Notes under the pieces: generated by a model
The model's input: the letters and a program-made list of their open reading frames with translations, nothing else
Told to the model about the DNA's origin: nothing
Database searches by the model: none
Made by a program: the position numbers and the translations under genes
Shown: one piece after another, positions 42,411 through 59,061 of the stretch
Layout: each line of letters starts with the position of its first letter
Position numbering within the stretch: position 1 is the stretch's first letter
Assembly (NCBI RefSeq): GCF_009914755.1
Contig: NC_060942.1
Direction: 5' to 3' (one strand)
Length of the DNA: 64,000 nt
From: the human T2T-CHM13v2.0 reference genome, Homo sapiens

Positions 42411-42801
42411 TTTAACCTGTACTTAATACTATTTTAAAAAATCAATTTCAGGTAGATTAAAGACCTAAATATAAAAAATTAAACTTTAAAACTTTAGAAG
42501 ACAATATAGAAAAATATCTTTACGATCCTGGAGGTAAGGACAGATTGTCTAGACAAGATGAAAAGTGTCAATACTTAAGGAAAAGATTGATAATTTAACT
42601 ACCTGAAAATTAATGTAAATTTTTCTACATCAAAAGAGACCATAACACAAGTGAAAAGACAGGCTACAAATAGGAGATGTTTGTAATACATATAAATGAT
42701 AAAAGATGTGTGTCTGGAATTTATAAAGAGCTGCTGATTGAAAGGAATACACCATACAACAGAAAAATGAATCATGCATGTAAACAGTTCACCTCTAACA
42801 G

Positions 42802-43116
42802 TTCAAACATTATTCCTATTTAAAATGCTACTTTTATTTATCTTACTGAGAGAAAAATCCCCAATACTCAAGTACTTTATGTTTTTTCTCTCTCATATCC
42901 CCAAGGTGAGATGATCACAAATATTGGGTTTTAGGAATTATCTTAACAACTCATCTTTCCAGCATTAGATTATGGTTAAGTAGGTAGAAAAAACTTTCAC
43001 TACAGGTATAGAAATGCTGGATAAGATCTAACAAATATCCTTTTAAATGCATAGGTAAGGCCAGGTGCAGTGGCTCACACCTGTAATCCCAGCATGTTTG
43101 GAGGCCAAGGCAGGAG
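42802..43116 (+). repeat. ~315-bp local duplicate of 39693-39725 joined to 40966-41260, inserted in an old L1 fragment
   Basis: Collinear similarity read by eye, e.g. GGTGAGATGATCACAAATA and CTTTTAAATGCATAGGTAAGGCCAGGTGCAGTGGCTCACACCTGTAATCCCAGCA in both. Confidence 0.9.
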
Positions 43117-43444
43117 AAGAAAAAACCTAAATGATTTTCTCTTATAAGGATCCTATTAAATATTAAATGTTGTTCTACCAGACTAATAAAGGAAATGTAT
43201 ATTTATACCTAAGATGAGATACTCTTTTACAGCCATCAGACTGACAAAAATTAAAATGACTGTATAAAGTGTTTGTGAGCATGTGGAGCCAAAAGAACTC
43301 TTATCTACTGCTGTTAGAATTGTAGACTAGACAACTGCTTTGGGCAGCATATGAGTGAAACCTAGCAAAGTCAAAGAGGTATGTGCCTTTTAGCTAGCAA
43401 TCCAGCTCCCAGATATGTAAGCCTACAGAAATTTGCAAACTATC

Positions 43445-44850
<1,406 letters not shown>

Positions 44851-45322
44851 TGAAACAGGAGGCATTCAGACACATAGCACCTACTTTAGAGGCTGAGGTG
44901 GGAGGATCACTTGAGCCCAAGAGATGAAGGCTGCAGTGAGCCAAGATCTCATTACTACACTGCAGCCCGGGTGACAGAATGAGATCTCTGTCTCAAAAAT
45001 AAAAATTAAAAAATCCCAATATGGTTTTGCTTTTCATTTTTGTTACTATAGGTGATGCTGAGCATCTTTATGTTTGTGTGAAAGCCTTTGAATTCTCCTT
45101 CTGTTAGTGATTGACATCCTTTGTTTAATTTTCCTGTGAGTTTTTGGTCTTTTTTCTTATTGATTTGTAAGAGCTTCTTTTTTCTTTTCTTTTTTTAAAA
45201 ATCCATTTCTTTGTAGGAGCTTTTTATTTATTTGGGAAATTACCCTTTTGCCTATGTATTAAGGTAATGCTAGCTACTGTAATAGATTAACCTACACAAT
45301 GGAAGTTTATTTCTCAATATGA

Positions 45323-45591
<269 letters not shown>

Positions 45592-46475
45592 TAGTAGAGA
45601 CACGGTTTCACTGTGTTAGCCAGGATGATCTCGATCTCCTGACCTTGTGATCTGCCTGCCTCGGCCTCCCAAAGTGCTGGGATTACAGGCATAAGCCATC
45701 GCGCTCTGCTGTGGCTCTGCCATTTTCAAACATTCATGAGATTTCTGTGTCTATCTGTATTAAGCCACCAGATAGGAAAAGAGTTTGGAGGATCAATTGT
45801 GACTTAAAACAAACAAACAACAACAACAACAAAAACAGTCAGTTAAAGAGAGAACGGAACTTCCTCAACATCATAAAGGACATTTTTGGCAAGCCCAAAA
45901 CTAACATCATACTCAATGGTGAAAAACTAAAAACTTTTCCTATAAAATAAAGGATGCCTGCTTTTGCCACTTTTATTCGTCATAGTATATGATGAATAGT
46001 ATAGTAAGTTCTAGCCAAAGTAATTAGGCAAGAAAAGAAATAAAAGACATCCCAATTGGAAAGTAGGAAGTAAAATTATTTACAGATGATATTTGTTTAT
46101 TAATTCTAGTACTAATAGACAAATTCAGCAAAGTGACAGGATACAAAATCAGCATGCAAAAATTAGTTGCATTTCTATACATTAACGATGACCAATCCAA
46201 AAAGGAAATTAAGAAAGCAATTCCTACTTGGGAGGCTGAGGCAGGAGAATCACTTGAACCTGGGAGGCAGAGATTGCAGTGAGCCTAGATTGTGCCACTG
46301 CACTCCAGCCTGGGTGACAGAGAGATTCTGTCAAAAAAAAAAAAAGCAATTCCATTTATAATAGCATAAAAAAATACTTAGGAATAAACTTAACCGAGGA
46401 AGCAAAAGACTTACCCACTGAAAAATACAAAACATTGCTGAAAGAAATTAAAGTAACCACAAATAAATAGAAAGA

Positions 46476-47443
46476 TGAAGGGGTGGGTTGCCCCTCCACA
46501 CCTGTGGGTGTTTCTCGTTAGGTGGAACGAGAGACTTGGAAAAGAAAAAGACACAGAGACAAAGTATAGAGAAAGAAATAAGGGGGCCCAGGGAACCAGC
46601 GTTCAGCATATGGAGGATACCGCCAGCCTCTGAGTTCCCTTAGTATTTATTGATCATTCGTGGGTGTTTCTCTGAGAGGGGGATGTGTCAGGGTCACAAG
46701 ACAACAGTAGGGAGAGGGTCAGCAGACAAACACGTGAACAGAGGTCTTTGCATCATAGACAAGGTAAAGAATCAAGTGCTGTGCTTTTAGATATGCATAC
46801 ACATAAACATCTCAACGCTTTACAAAGCAGTATTGCTGCCCGCATGTCCCACCTCCAGCCCTAAGGCGGTTTTTCCCTATCTCAGTAGATGGAACGTACA
46901 ATCGGGTTTTTACCAAGACATTCCATTGCCCAGGGACGGGCAGGAGACAGATGCCTTCCTCTTGTCTCAACTGCAAGAGGCATGCCTTCCTCTTATACTA
47001 ATCCTCCTCAGCACAGACCCTTTATGGGTGTCGGGCTGGGGGACGGTCAGGTCTTTCCCTTCCCACGAGGCCATATTTCAGACTATCACATGGGGAGAAA
47101 CCTTGGACAATACCTGGCTTTCCTAGGCAGAGGTCCCTGCAGCCTTCCACAGTTTTTGTGTCCCTGGGTACTTGAGATTAGGGAGCAGTGATGACTCTTA
47201 AGGAGCATGCTGCCTTCAAGCATCAGTTTAACAAAGCACATCTTGCACCGCCCTTAATCCATTTAACCCTGAGTTTGACACAGCACATGTTTCAGAGAGC
47301 ACGGGGTTGGGCGTAAGGTCATAGATTAACAGAATCTCAAGGCAGAAGAATTTTTCTTAGTACAGAACAAAATGGAGTCTCCTATGTCTACTTCTTTCTA
47401 CACAGACACAGTAACAATCTGATCTCTCTTGCTTTTCCCCACA
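46476..47443 (-). mobile_element. HERV-K(HML-2) solo LTR, LTR5_Hs-type, 968 bp
   Basis: Minus strand begins TGTGGGGAAAAGCAAGAGAGATCAGATTGTTACTGTGTC and ends CAACCCACCCCTTCA; perfect 6-bp TSD GAAAGA (46470-46475, 47444-47449). Confidence 0.93.
46746..46753 (-). promoter_or_regulatory. OCT4-type motif ATGCAAAG in the LTR
   Basis: At LTR position ~691-698, where the LTR5_Hs OCT4 motif is described (from memory). Confidence 0.65.
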
Positions 47444-47960
47444 GAAAGACATTCTGTGTTCATAGGTATTGAATCTGTAGATTCAATACCACCCCTATCA
47501 AAATCCCAATGATGTTTTTGCAAAAATCAAAAAATCCATTCTAATCTGAAAATTAAGAAAAAGTGCTGGCCTAGCGTGATGACTCATGCCTGTGATTCCA
47601 GCACTTTGGGAGGCCAAAGCAGGCAAATTGCTGAGCCTAGGAGTTTGAGACCAGCCTGGGGAACATGGCAAAACCCTATCTCAACAAAAAATACAAAAAT
47701 TAGCTGGGTGTGGTGAAGTGCACCTGTAGTCCCAGCTACTTGAGAAGCTGAGGTGGGAGGATGAGGTGGGAGGATCACTTGAGCCCGGGGAGGTTGAGGC
47801 TGCAGTGAGTTGTGATTGCACCACTGCACTCCAGCCTGGGCAACAGAGTGAGAACTTGTCTCAAATAAAAATTAAAAACAAATTTAGTGGCTGGGCATGT
47901 GACTCATGCCTGTAATCCTAGCACTTTGGGAGGCCAAGGCAGGCGGATCACTTGAGGTCA

Positions 47961-48217
<257 letters not shown>

Positions 48218-48988
48218 CTATTTCTCTGTAGAAGAAAGCTAACTTACATAATCTAAACTAGTGCTTTTTATACTTTAATGTATATACAAATGTCTGAGGA
48301 TCTTGTTTAAAATGCAGATTCTGACTCTATAGACCTGGAGTGTAATCCAATAGTCTTTTCTGTTAAGCTCCCGGATGATACCAAGGACGCACTAGCATCA
48401 CCTGCAAACTTACTAGATCTCATTAGCTAAGTATTTAGGATAAATCTACATGCAGCCTGTACTTCGGCCTTTGTGATCTTGTCCACCCCTTTGATACACA
48501 CACACCTCTTTGTTTATCTCTTGCCATTCCTCCTCTCCCTCCCTCAGCTGCAGCCACACTGGCCTCCCTGCTGTTCCCTGCTCCCTGAGGCATGCTCCTG
48601 CCCCAGGGCCTTGGCACTGTCTACTCTGCTTGGATCACTCTGCCTCACCCCATACTGGCATGACTTTCTTTCACTTGTTGCACAAATATCACCTTATTAG
48701 ACAGGATTTTTCTGACCACAATACATAAGATAGACCTCGCATCCCCAATACCTAATAACACCTGAAATATGTGTTTGTGAAATACATGTATGCATGTGTT
48801 TACTGACTATTCCCCCCATTTCAACTGTAAGTTCCATGTCATTTTATTCACTGGTATATGGCCAGTGCCTGGAAGAGCTCCTAGCACATAGTAGACACTT
48901 AATAGATACTCATTGAATAAATAGCAGAAAACCATTCATTTAGATTAAAACTTAAAAAATTCAAAATCAGGCTGGGTGTGGTGGCTCA

Positions 48989-49300
<312 letters not shown>

Positions 49301-49778
49301 TTAAAAAATATATGAAATTACTGGCTAAGAAGATTTATTTTTTAATCTATTGTAGCACTTATATTTATTTATAATGGAGAAAACAATAGGAAAAGAGGTT
49401 TTGAAAAGTTCCCCAAATAGGTGATTCCATCCTGAGCAGCTGCTCTCTGGAGCAGTAGTCGTTTATCTCTGTCCATCTTCTCTCCCCACTAAGTGCACGC
49501 CTCCACCCCATGGGAAATTCGATGGACATGGACATAAGCCCCCTGAGGCCCCAGGACTATCTTTTCAGTTGTGAACTAAAGGCCGACGAAGTGATCACTT
49601 TAAGGTGGATAATGATGAAAATGAGCACCAGTTGTCTTTAAGAATGGTCAGTTTCGGGGCTGGTGCAAAGGTTGAATTGCACATTGTTGAACCTGAGGCA
49701 ATGAATTTCGAAGGCAATCCCATTAAAGTAACACCGGCAACTTGAAGTGTATATACAGCCAACGGCTTCCCCTGGGAG

Positions 49779-49907
49779 CTTTGAAATAACACCCCTCCAT
49801 GGTCTTACAGTTGAAGTGTGGACTTTGAAATAACACCCCTCCATGGTCTTACTGTTGAAGTATGGACTTTGAAATAACCCAGCCATGGTCTTTCAGTTGA
49901 AGTGTGG
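49779..49907. repeat. 44-bp tandem triplication inside the NPM1 pseudogene
   Basis: CTTTGAAATAACACCCCTCCATGGTCTTACAGTTGAAGTGTGGA x~3. Confidence 0.92.
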
Positions 49908-50075
49908 TTCAGGGCCAGTGTATATTAGTGGACAGCACTTAGTATCTGTGGAGGAAGATGCAGAGTCAGAAGATGAAGAAGAGGAGGATGTGAAACTCTT
50001 AAGTATATCTGGAAAGCAATCTGCCCTGGAGGTGGAAGCAAGATTCCACAAAAAAGAGTAAAATTTGCTGCTGCT

Positions 50076-50210
50076 GAAGAGGAAGAAGAAAGAGGAGGAG
50101 GAGGAAAGAAGGAAGAAGAAAGAAGAAGAAGGAGGAGAAGAAGAAGAGGAGGAGGAGGAAGAGGATGAGGAGGAAGAGGAGGAGGTGGAAGAGGAAGAGG
50201 AAGAAGAGGA
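50076..50210. repeat. Polypurine (GAG/GAA) low-complexity tract derived from the NPM1 acidic-region codons
   Basis: Almost pure A/G run. Confidence 0.9.
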
Positions 50211-50692
50211 TTTTGATGATGAGGAAACTGAAGAAAAAGTGCCAGTGAATAAATGTATATGAGACACTTCTGCCGAGAACACCCAAAATTCAAACCAGAA
50301 TGGCAAAGACTCAAAACCATCAACACCAAGATAAAAAAGACAAGAATCTTTCAAAAAACAGGAAAAAAACTCCTAAAACACCAAAAGACCTAGTTCTGTA
50401 AAAGACATTAAAGCAAAAACGCAGGTACAGAAAAACGTGGTTCTCTTTCCAAAGTCGAAGCCAAGTTCATCAATTATGTGAAGAATTGCTTCCGGAAGAC
50501 TGACCAGGAGGCTATTCAAGATCTCTGGCAGCGGAGGAAGCCTCTTGAAGAAAATAGTTTAAACAGTTTTTTATAAGTTTTCCGTCTTATTTCACTTCTG
50601 TAATAGTTGATATTTGGCTGTCCTTTTATAATGCAGAATGAGAACTTTCCCTACTGCGTTAATAAATGTTGCCCAGGTTCCATGGCCAATAA

Positions 50693-50864
<172 letters not shown>

Positions 50865-51749
50865 TAGCTGGGATTACAGGCACTCACCACCACATCCAGC
50901 TACTTTTTGTATTTTTAGTAGAGACAAGGTTTCACCATGTTGGCAAAGCTGGTCTCGAACTCCTGACCTCGTGATCCGCCCGCCTCGGCCTCCCAAAGTG
51001 TTGGGATTACAAGCATGAGCCACCATGCCCAGCCTAGTTTTTAAAGATGGAACTCCAGCCTTTACTTGGTTTTAAGTATGTATGGAATATTATGATAGGA
51101 CATAGTAGTAGTGGGGGTCAGACATAGAAATGGTGGGGAGACAAAAATATACATGCGAAATAAACTCAGTATTTTAATAAAGTAGCACATTTTCTATTGA
51201 AAAAAAAGTTCCCCAAATAACATTTATTTGGTGAAGTACAATCCTTTCTTTGAAATACATAAAACAGGTGAGCGATCATGCATATGAGGTTGGCCTGGCT
51301 GCACTAGGAATTCAGGGACAATTCAAGACCATCTAATTCAGGCATGGTACTTGCATTTTGCTGCATCATGTTTTCTCTATGCCTATTTCAGTTGAGATCT
51401 TTTGGTTGAAAGAAACAAAGGTTAACTCAAGTGACCTCAAGGACACAAGGAAATAAAGGTTCTTGTGAAGAAATACAAAACTGTAAACTGTGGCATTGTT
51501 TTGCCTGCTAGGAACTGGCAACCCTAGCAACCCTAGAAATGTCAGCATCAAGAGCTTTTGGATTTTAACTGTAATATTGAAGCAATAACAGGATTAGTTC
51601 CTTTCTACACATCTGTTCTGTTTTTCTTTCCTTACCATATCTGACTTTGTCAGCCTCATTTTATTTCTTTAACTTATTGCCTATGCCAACTCATAGCTTC
51701 TTCTTTTTATAACTTTCTAACATATACATATGCATCATGGTCTCTTTAG

Positions 51750-51959
<210 letters not shown>

Positions 51960-52358
51960 TAGTAGAGACAGGGTTTCACCTTGTTAGACAGGCTGGTCTG
52001 GAACTCTTGACCTCAGGTGATCCACCCACCTCGGCCTCCCAAATTGCTGAGATTACAGGTGTGAGCCACTAAGCCCAGCCAACCTTTCATAGTTAACTCT
52101 CCTCCTCTTTCCAAAGTCTCCAGTTCCAATTCTACAAAGAGTAAATGTGCTTAGACCGGCTGATATTTTTTGTATCAGGGTCACTGTGGTCAGTCAAAGG
52201 ATTGGCTGTCCTTGGGACTGCATCCTATTGTTTGTCCAGACAGCAGTGACAGCAGTATAGGGTCAAGTGGTCCCAGCTGGGGATGTCCTTTGTGTCACTA
52301 AAACGGTTCTTTTGCAAGGGACTGTGGATGGAGCAGGCATCATGACTTACTTGTGTAA

Positions 52359-52514
<156 letters not shown>

Positions 52515-52548
52515 TAGGACTACAGGCATGCACCACACACCCAGCTAA

Positions 52549-52677
<129 letters not shown>

Positions 52678-53503
52678 TGACCCTGAAAAGACTTCTTTTT
52701 CTCTTCCTTTTTATGAAGCAGACTGTGGAAATGTCTCATGACTCACCACAATAATCCTCCTCCAAGGTGCCTATTCTCAGGCTCAGTTAGAGGCCTGACC
52801 TCTTTGTTGTAACCTGTGTCACATTGTCTAGTAATCCTATCATATTTGTATCTCCTGTTAGATTGTGAGCATCTCACGCTCAGATCTGTAATCTTAGAGT
52901 CGGGGCCTCAGTGAATGATTACTGAAAAAGCAAGCTTTAACTTGATTAAGTGTTAGGCAGGGAGTGTTATTCACTCCCTGAAGAAAAAGAAGGGAGTGGG
53001 GATGGATTATTCTTTTTGACAGGAAAGGTGTGCAGCTCATTAAAAAGGTTGTCCTGGCCGGGCCCAGTGGTTCATGCCTGTAATCCCAACACTTTGGGAG
53101 GTTGAGGCGGGTGGATCACCTGAGGTCAGGCATTCGAGACCAGCCCAGCCAACATGAAGAAACCCTGTCTCTACTAAAAATACAAAAAACAGCTGGGCAT
53201 GGTGGGGCGAGCCTGTAATCCCAGCTACTCAGGAGGCTGAGGCAAGAGAATCGCTTGAACCTGGGGATCGGAGGTTGCAGTTAGCTGAGAATGTGCCATT
53301 GCACTCCAGCCTGGGTGACAGGAGTGAAACTACTCTGTCTCAAAAAAAAAAAAAGGTTATCCTTATTAAGAACTGTCTTTTTGGCCAGGCGCAGTGGCTC
53401 ACGCTTGTAATCTCAGCACTTGGGGAGGCCAAGGCAGGCAGATCACCTGAGGTCAGGAGTTGGAGACCAGCCTGGCCAACATGGCAAAACCCCATCTCTA
53501 CTA

Positions 53504-53773
<270 letters not shown>

Positions 53774-54218
53774 TCATTTGATCAAATGTTCCTGGTTGGC
53801 GAAATTTGTGAAACATTGTCTTAAAGAAAGTAAAGCAGGCTGGGTGTGGTAGCTCACGCCTCTAGTTCCAGCTACTCTAAAGGCTAAAGTGGGAAGGTGG
53901 CTTGAGCCCAAGAGTTCCAGGCTGCACTAAGTCACCCAGCCTGGTCCACAGAGTGAGACCTTGTCTCAAAAAACAAAACAAACAAAGTAAAGCAGTTTTC
54001 TTTACTGTAGAGGTTATCAAAATGTGGTCTGTCTACCCCCAGGTATCTGAGTCCATTTCATGAAGTACATGAGGGTCTTAATTATTTTCATACAATACTA
54101 AGATGTTTGCTTTTTTCACTATGTGGAAAAAACAGTATGTGGCATTACATTTCTACTGATGGTATAAAGGCAATAGTGGTTTATATTGCTGGAGCATTAG
54201 AACGTTAAGGCAATGACA

Positions 54219-54238
54219 TGTGATGGTTAGTTTCATCA

Positions 54239-54291
<53 letters not shown>

Positions 54292-55419
54292 TTGAGACAG
54301 AGTCTTGCTCTGACCCCCAGGTTGGAGTGGAGTGCAGTGGCACGATCTCGGCTCGCTGCAAGCTCCGCCTTCTGGGTTCACGCCATTCTCTGGCCTCAGT
54401 CTCCTGAGTAGCTGGGACTACAGCACCTGCCACCGTGCCCGGCTACTTTTTTTTTGTATTTTTAGTAGAGACGGGGTTTCACCGTGGTCTTGATCTCCTG
54501 ACCTCATGATCCGCCCACCTCGGCCTCCCAAAGTGCTGGAATTACAGGCGTGAGCCACTGTGCCTGGCCTATTATTATTATTTTGAGACAGAGTCTTGCT
54601 TTGTTGTCCAGGCTGCAGTGCAGTGGCGCATTCACGACTCATTGTAGCCTTGACATCCTAGGCTCAAGTGATCCTCCTGCCTCAGCACCTCCACCTGCCC
54701 ACTGCCCCCACCCACATCCACCTTCAACAACAGCTGTGACTACAGGTGTGTGCCACCAAACCCAGCTAATTTTTAAAAATTTTTTGTAGAGACGGGGTTT
54801 CATTATATTGCCCAGACTGGTCTTCAACTCCTGGGCTCAAGTGATCCTCCCACCTAGGCCTCCCAAAGTGCTGGGATTATAGGCTTGAGCCACCGTGCCC
54901 AGCAATGGTTAATTTTAGATGTCAATTTGGCTGGGTGAAGGGAAGCCAAAAGAGCTGATACACCATTTTTTATGGGTGTGTCTGTGAGCTGTTTCTGGAA
55001 AGAGAGTAGCATTTGAATCAGTGGATTGAGTAAAGAAGATCTGCTCTCACCAATGTGGGTGGACACCAATGAGCTGCAAATCAGATAAAACAAAAAGGCA
55101 GAGGAAAGGCGAATTCACTCTCATCTGGAACTGGGACACTCTTCTCCTCCTGACTTGGACATCTGAATTCCCAGTTATCGGGTCTTTGGACCTGGGACTT
55201 GCACCAGCAGCCTCCCCAGGTTCTCAGGCCTTCAGCCTTAGATGGAGAGTTAACCCATTCTGAGGCCAGCTTGCAGGTGGCTATCATGGGACTTCTCATA
55301 GTTGTGTGAGCCAATTCCCCTAATAAATCCCTTCCTATCTATCTATGATCTATCTATCTATCTATCTATCCAGCTGTTTATATGCTATTTGTTCTTTCTC
55401 TCTGCAGAACCCTAATACA
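54219..55419 (+). mobile_element. MLT2-type (ERVL) solo LTR with two minus-strand Alus near its 5' end and a (TATC)n tract
   Basis: TGTGATGGTTA...tgtcaatttggctggg...gcatttgaatcagtggattgagtaaagaagat...gaaccctaataCA; flanking GACA duplication. Confidence 0.8.
54241..54291. repeat. (ATT)~17 microsatellite (Alu tail derived)
   Basis: Direct read of the sequence. Confidence 0.92.
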
Positions 55420-56875
55420 GACACCAAACTTTAGAGTAGTACTGCATATTGTACATATATAGTAGTAATTGTATTATTTACTGCCAACTACTCACAGTTT
55501 AAAAACAGAGGCAGTTTTACTTTAAAATATTCTTGATGAAGCAGTAAAAAAATCATGTATTTTAAATATTCTGTGCAATATAGTGGGGAGCACACATAAA
55601 ATAGTTCTCTTTAACACAATAAGATGACTGATATAAGGAAAGGCCCTTGTGTGGTTGTGTGAATTGCCAGCTGAACTAACCACTTTTTCATGAACCACTG
55701 TTTCTTACTTGAAAGAACAACCAACAAACTATTTTTGCTCAGACTTGGTTATGTGGCAAACATTTACGCAAAAATGAAAATAATAAAACTGTCACTGTTA
55801 AGAAAACAACTGACGGCATTTATTGCCAATGACAAGGTTCAAGATTTTAAGCAAAATTTAGAATTTTGGGAGACTTCCGTATACTACTGTGAGACTGACA
55901 GCTTCCCAATACATAAAGCTGATGAGATTGATGGTGTTATTGAGAAAAATAAATTTTTGGTATTGTGTAATGAAATATGTCAACCTTTGGAAGATCTGAA
56001 TAACTCAGTGAATCAATATTTTCCAAAGACATGCACAATTCAATAAAACCATGCATGAGTAAAAGATCCAGTCAGAGGTCTAATGTAATCAATGGACTCC
56101 AATGTGACAAAGTATGAAAAGTTAATAGATAGGATTTCAATTTCTACACTGGAATTCACCTTGAAGAAACTACCACTTGTCAAGCTTTGGTGTAACATAA
56201 GGAAAAATTTCATCCACAACAATCTGAAAAGGCTATTAAAATACTCTTCCTTTTTCCAACTACCTGTTTGTGTGAGGCCATATTATCTTCAAATACTTGA
56301 ACTAAAATAATATATTGCAACAGAGTGAATGCAGAATCAAGATACACAATCCAGCTGTCTTCTACTAAGCCAGACATTAAAGATATTTGCAACAATGTAA
56401 AACAATGTCACTCTTTCACTGTTTTTTTGAAAATTATAGTCATATTTAATTTAAAATATTTATAAGGCTGGTTGTGGTGGCTCACGCCTGTAATCTCAAC
56501 ACTTTGAGAGGCAGAGGTGAGAGGATTGCTTCAGTTCAGTAGTTTGAGACCAGCCTGGGCAACATGGTGAAACCCCCATCTCTACAAAAATACGAAAAAA
56601 AAGAAAAAAATTAGTCAGGCATGGTGGCACACACCTGTAGTCCCAGCTACTTGGGAGGCTGAGGAAGGAGAATCACTTCAGCCCAGGAGTTAGAGGCTGC
56701 AGTAAACTGTGATTGCACCACTGCATTCCAGCCTAGGTAAAGATCCTGTCTCAAAAACAAAAAACAAAAAAAAAAAACAGATGAAAAAAAACATAAGGCT
56801 GGGCACGGTGGCTCACACCTGTAATCCCAGCACTTTGGGAGGCCAAGGTGGGTGGGTCACAAAGTCAGGAGTTCA

Positions 56876-57166
<291 letters not shown>

Positions 57167-57882
57167 TCAATTTCTTGTCTGTCAGCTATAAAGCCACCTT
57201 CCTTTGCTCTCCTTTGTGATAGTGGAGCCTAGACCCTGTCCTGAAAACATTTCTTTGCCCACTGGTGAAATGTGAAGCTGCGTCAACAGAAGTCACTGAA
57301 GTGTTTCATAGAGCTAGAGCAGTAGGTTGGTACTTGGCTTCTGGATTCTGGTACTCCATTATTATTTATTATTTAGTGCATATGAACTCCACTTACTCCC
57401 TCCAGCCAGCTCTCTCCATCTTCAATGGCTTTATAGACCCGCAATGGGCCATTATGTCTGGCAAGTTTCTTCAGCCAGCCAGCCAGTGTTCCAGGCTGTC
57501 TTCGAGAGGTCTAAGCCTCAGCCCTGGGGAATGGCCCTCTTCCAGTCTTTGGTTTTATTTATTGTCCACTGTCTGTCTGGAAGGAGTATGTGCCTTTTTG
57601 CACCTGCCACTTCTTGATGCCATGGGGCTCCTCTTCTACCCTTTTTAGAGTTAACTGCCATCTACTAGCCAATCTTTTTTTTTTTCTTTTTAAATACAAA
57701 GTCTCACTCTGTTGCCCAGGCTGGAGTGTAGTGGTGTGATCTCAGCTCACTGCAACCTCCACCTCCTGGGTTCAACTGATTCTTGTGCTTCAGCCTCCTG
57801 AGTAGCTGGGATTACAGGTATGCGCCACCCTGCCCAGCTAATTTTTGTATTTTTAGTAGAGATGGGGTTTGGCTATGTTTGA

Positions 57883-57996
<114 letters not shown>

Positions 57997-58223
57997 TAAA
58001 ATATGACTCTTTAGATAACTAATGCAATAACTGTCTCCTGACTGGATCCTACCTATAGAACATGTAATGAGGCTTGTATTGTTATTTTAAAATGAACTAA
58101 TTAAAAATTTATACTTTTCTCAGTTTTAATTTCTAACATAGTAAATAGTGGTAGATATAGTCCATATAAAGAAAATAGTTAACGCTTTTAAAAGTGTAAA
58201 AATAGGCCTGGTGTGGTGGCTCA

Positions 58224-58716
<493 letters not shown>

Positions 58717-58869
58717 TTACTGCAAGTCTTCTGCAAGTCTTTGATACACTAAAGCACATTGCAAATCTGAATTTAAACCTAAGTCTAATATATAATAAAG
58801 CTGTAGGAGGCAGGGAGGTTGACAACTTTTAAGTCTTGAAAACTTGAAATATTTCTTTTTCCTTATTCA

Positions 58870-59061
<192 letters not shown>

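Larger units (their letters stand above)
45830..47545 (+). mobile_element. Old L1 ORF2 fragments, host of the LTR5 insertion
   Basis: NFLNIIKDIFGKPKTNIILNGEKLKTFP; sequence resumes after the LTR with GAAAGACATTCTGTGTTCATAGG. Confidence 0.8.

Noticed and set aside
49779-49907. CRISPR-like array
   Set aside because: Head-to-tail tandem units without spacers in primate DNA; no cas genes
49893-50354. Poly-Ser, poly-Pro/Leu and poly-Glu ORFs
   Set aside because: Artefacts of the GA-rich tract in the decayed NPM1 pseudogene
55420-56460. Segmental duplication of 10878-12123
   Set aside because: Similarity is low and explained by two independent Charlie1-type copies
57265-57648. 127-aa ORF in non-Alu sequence
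   Set aside because: Lies in an old LTR-like segment; non-ATG start; no recognisable domain or splice support
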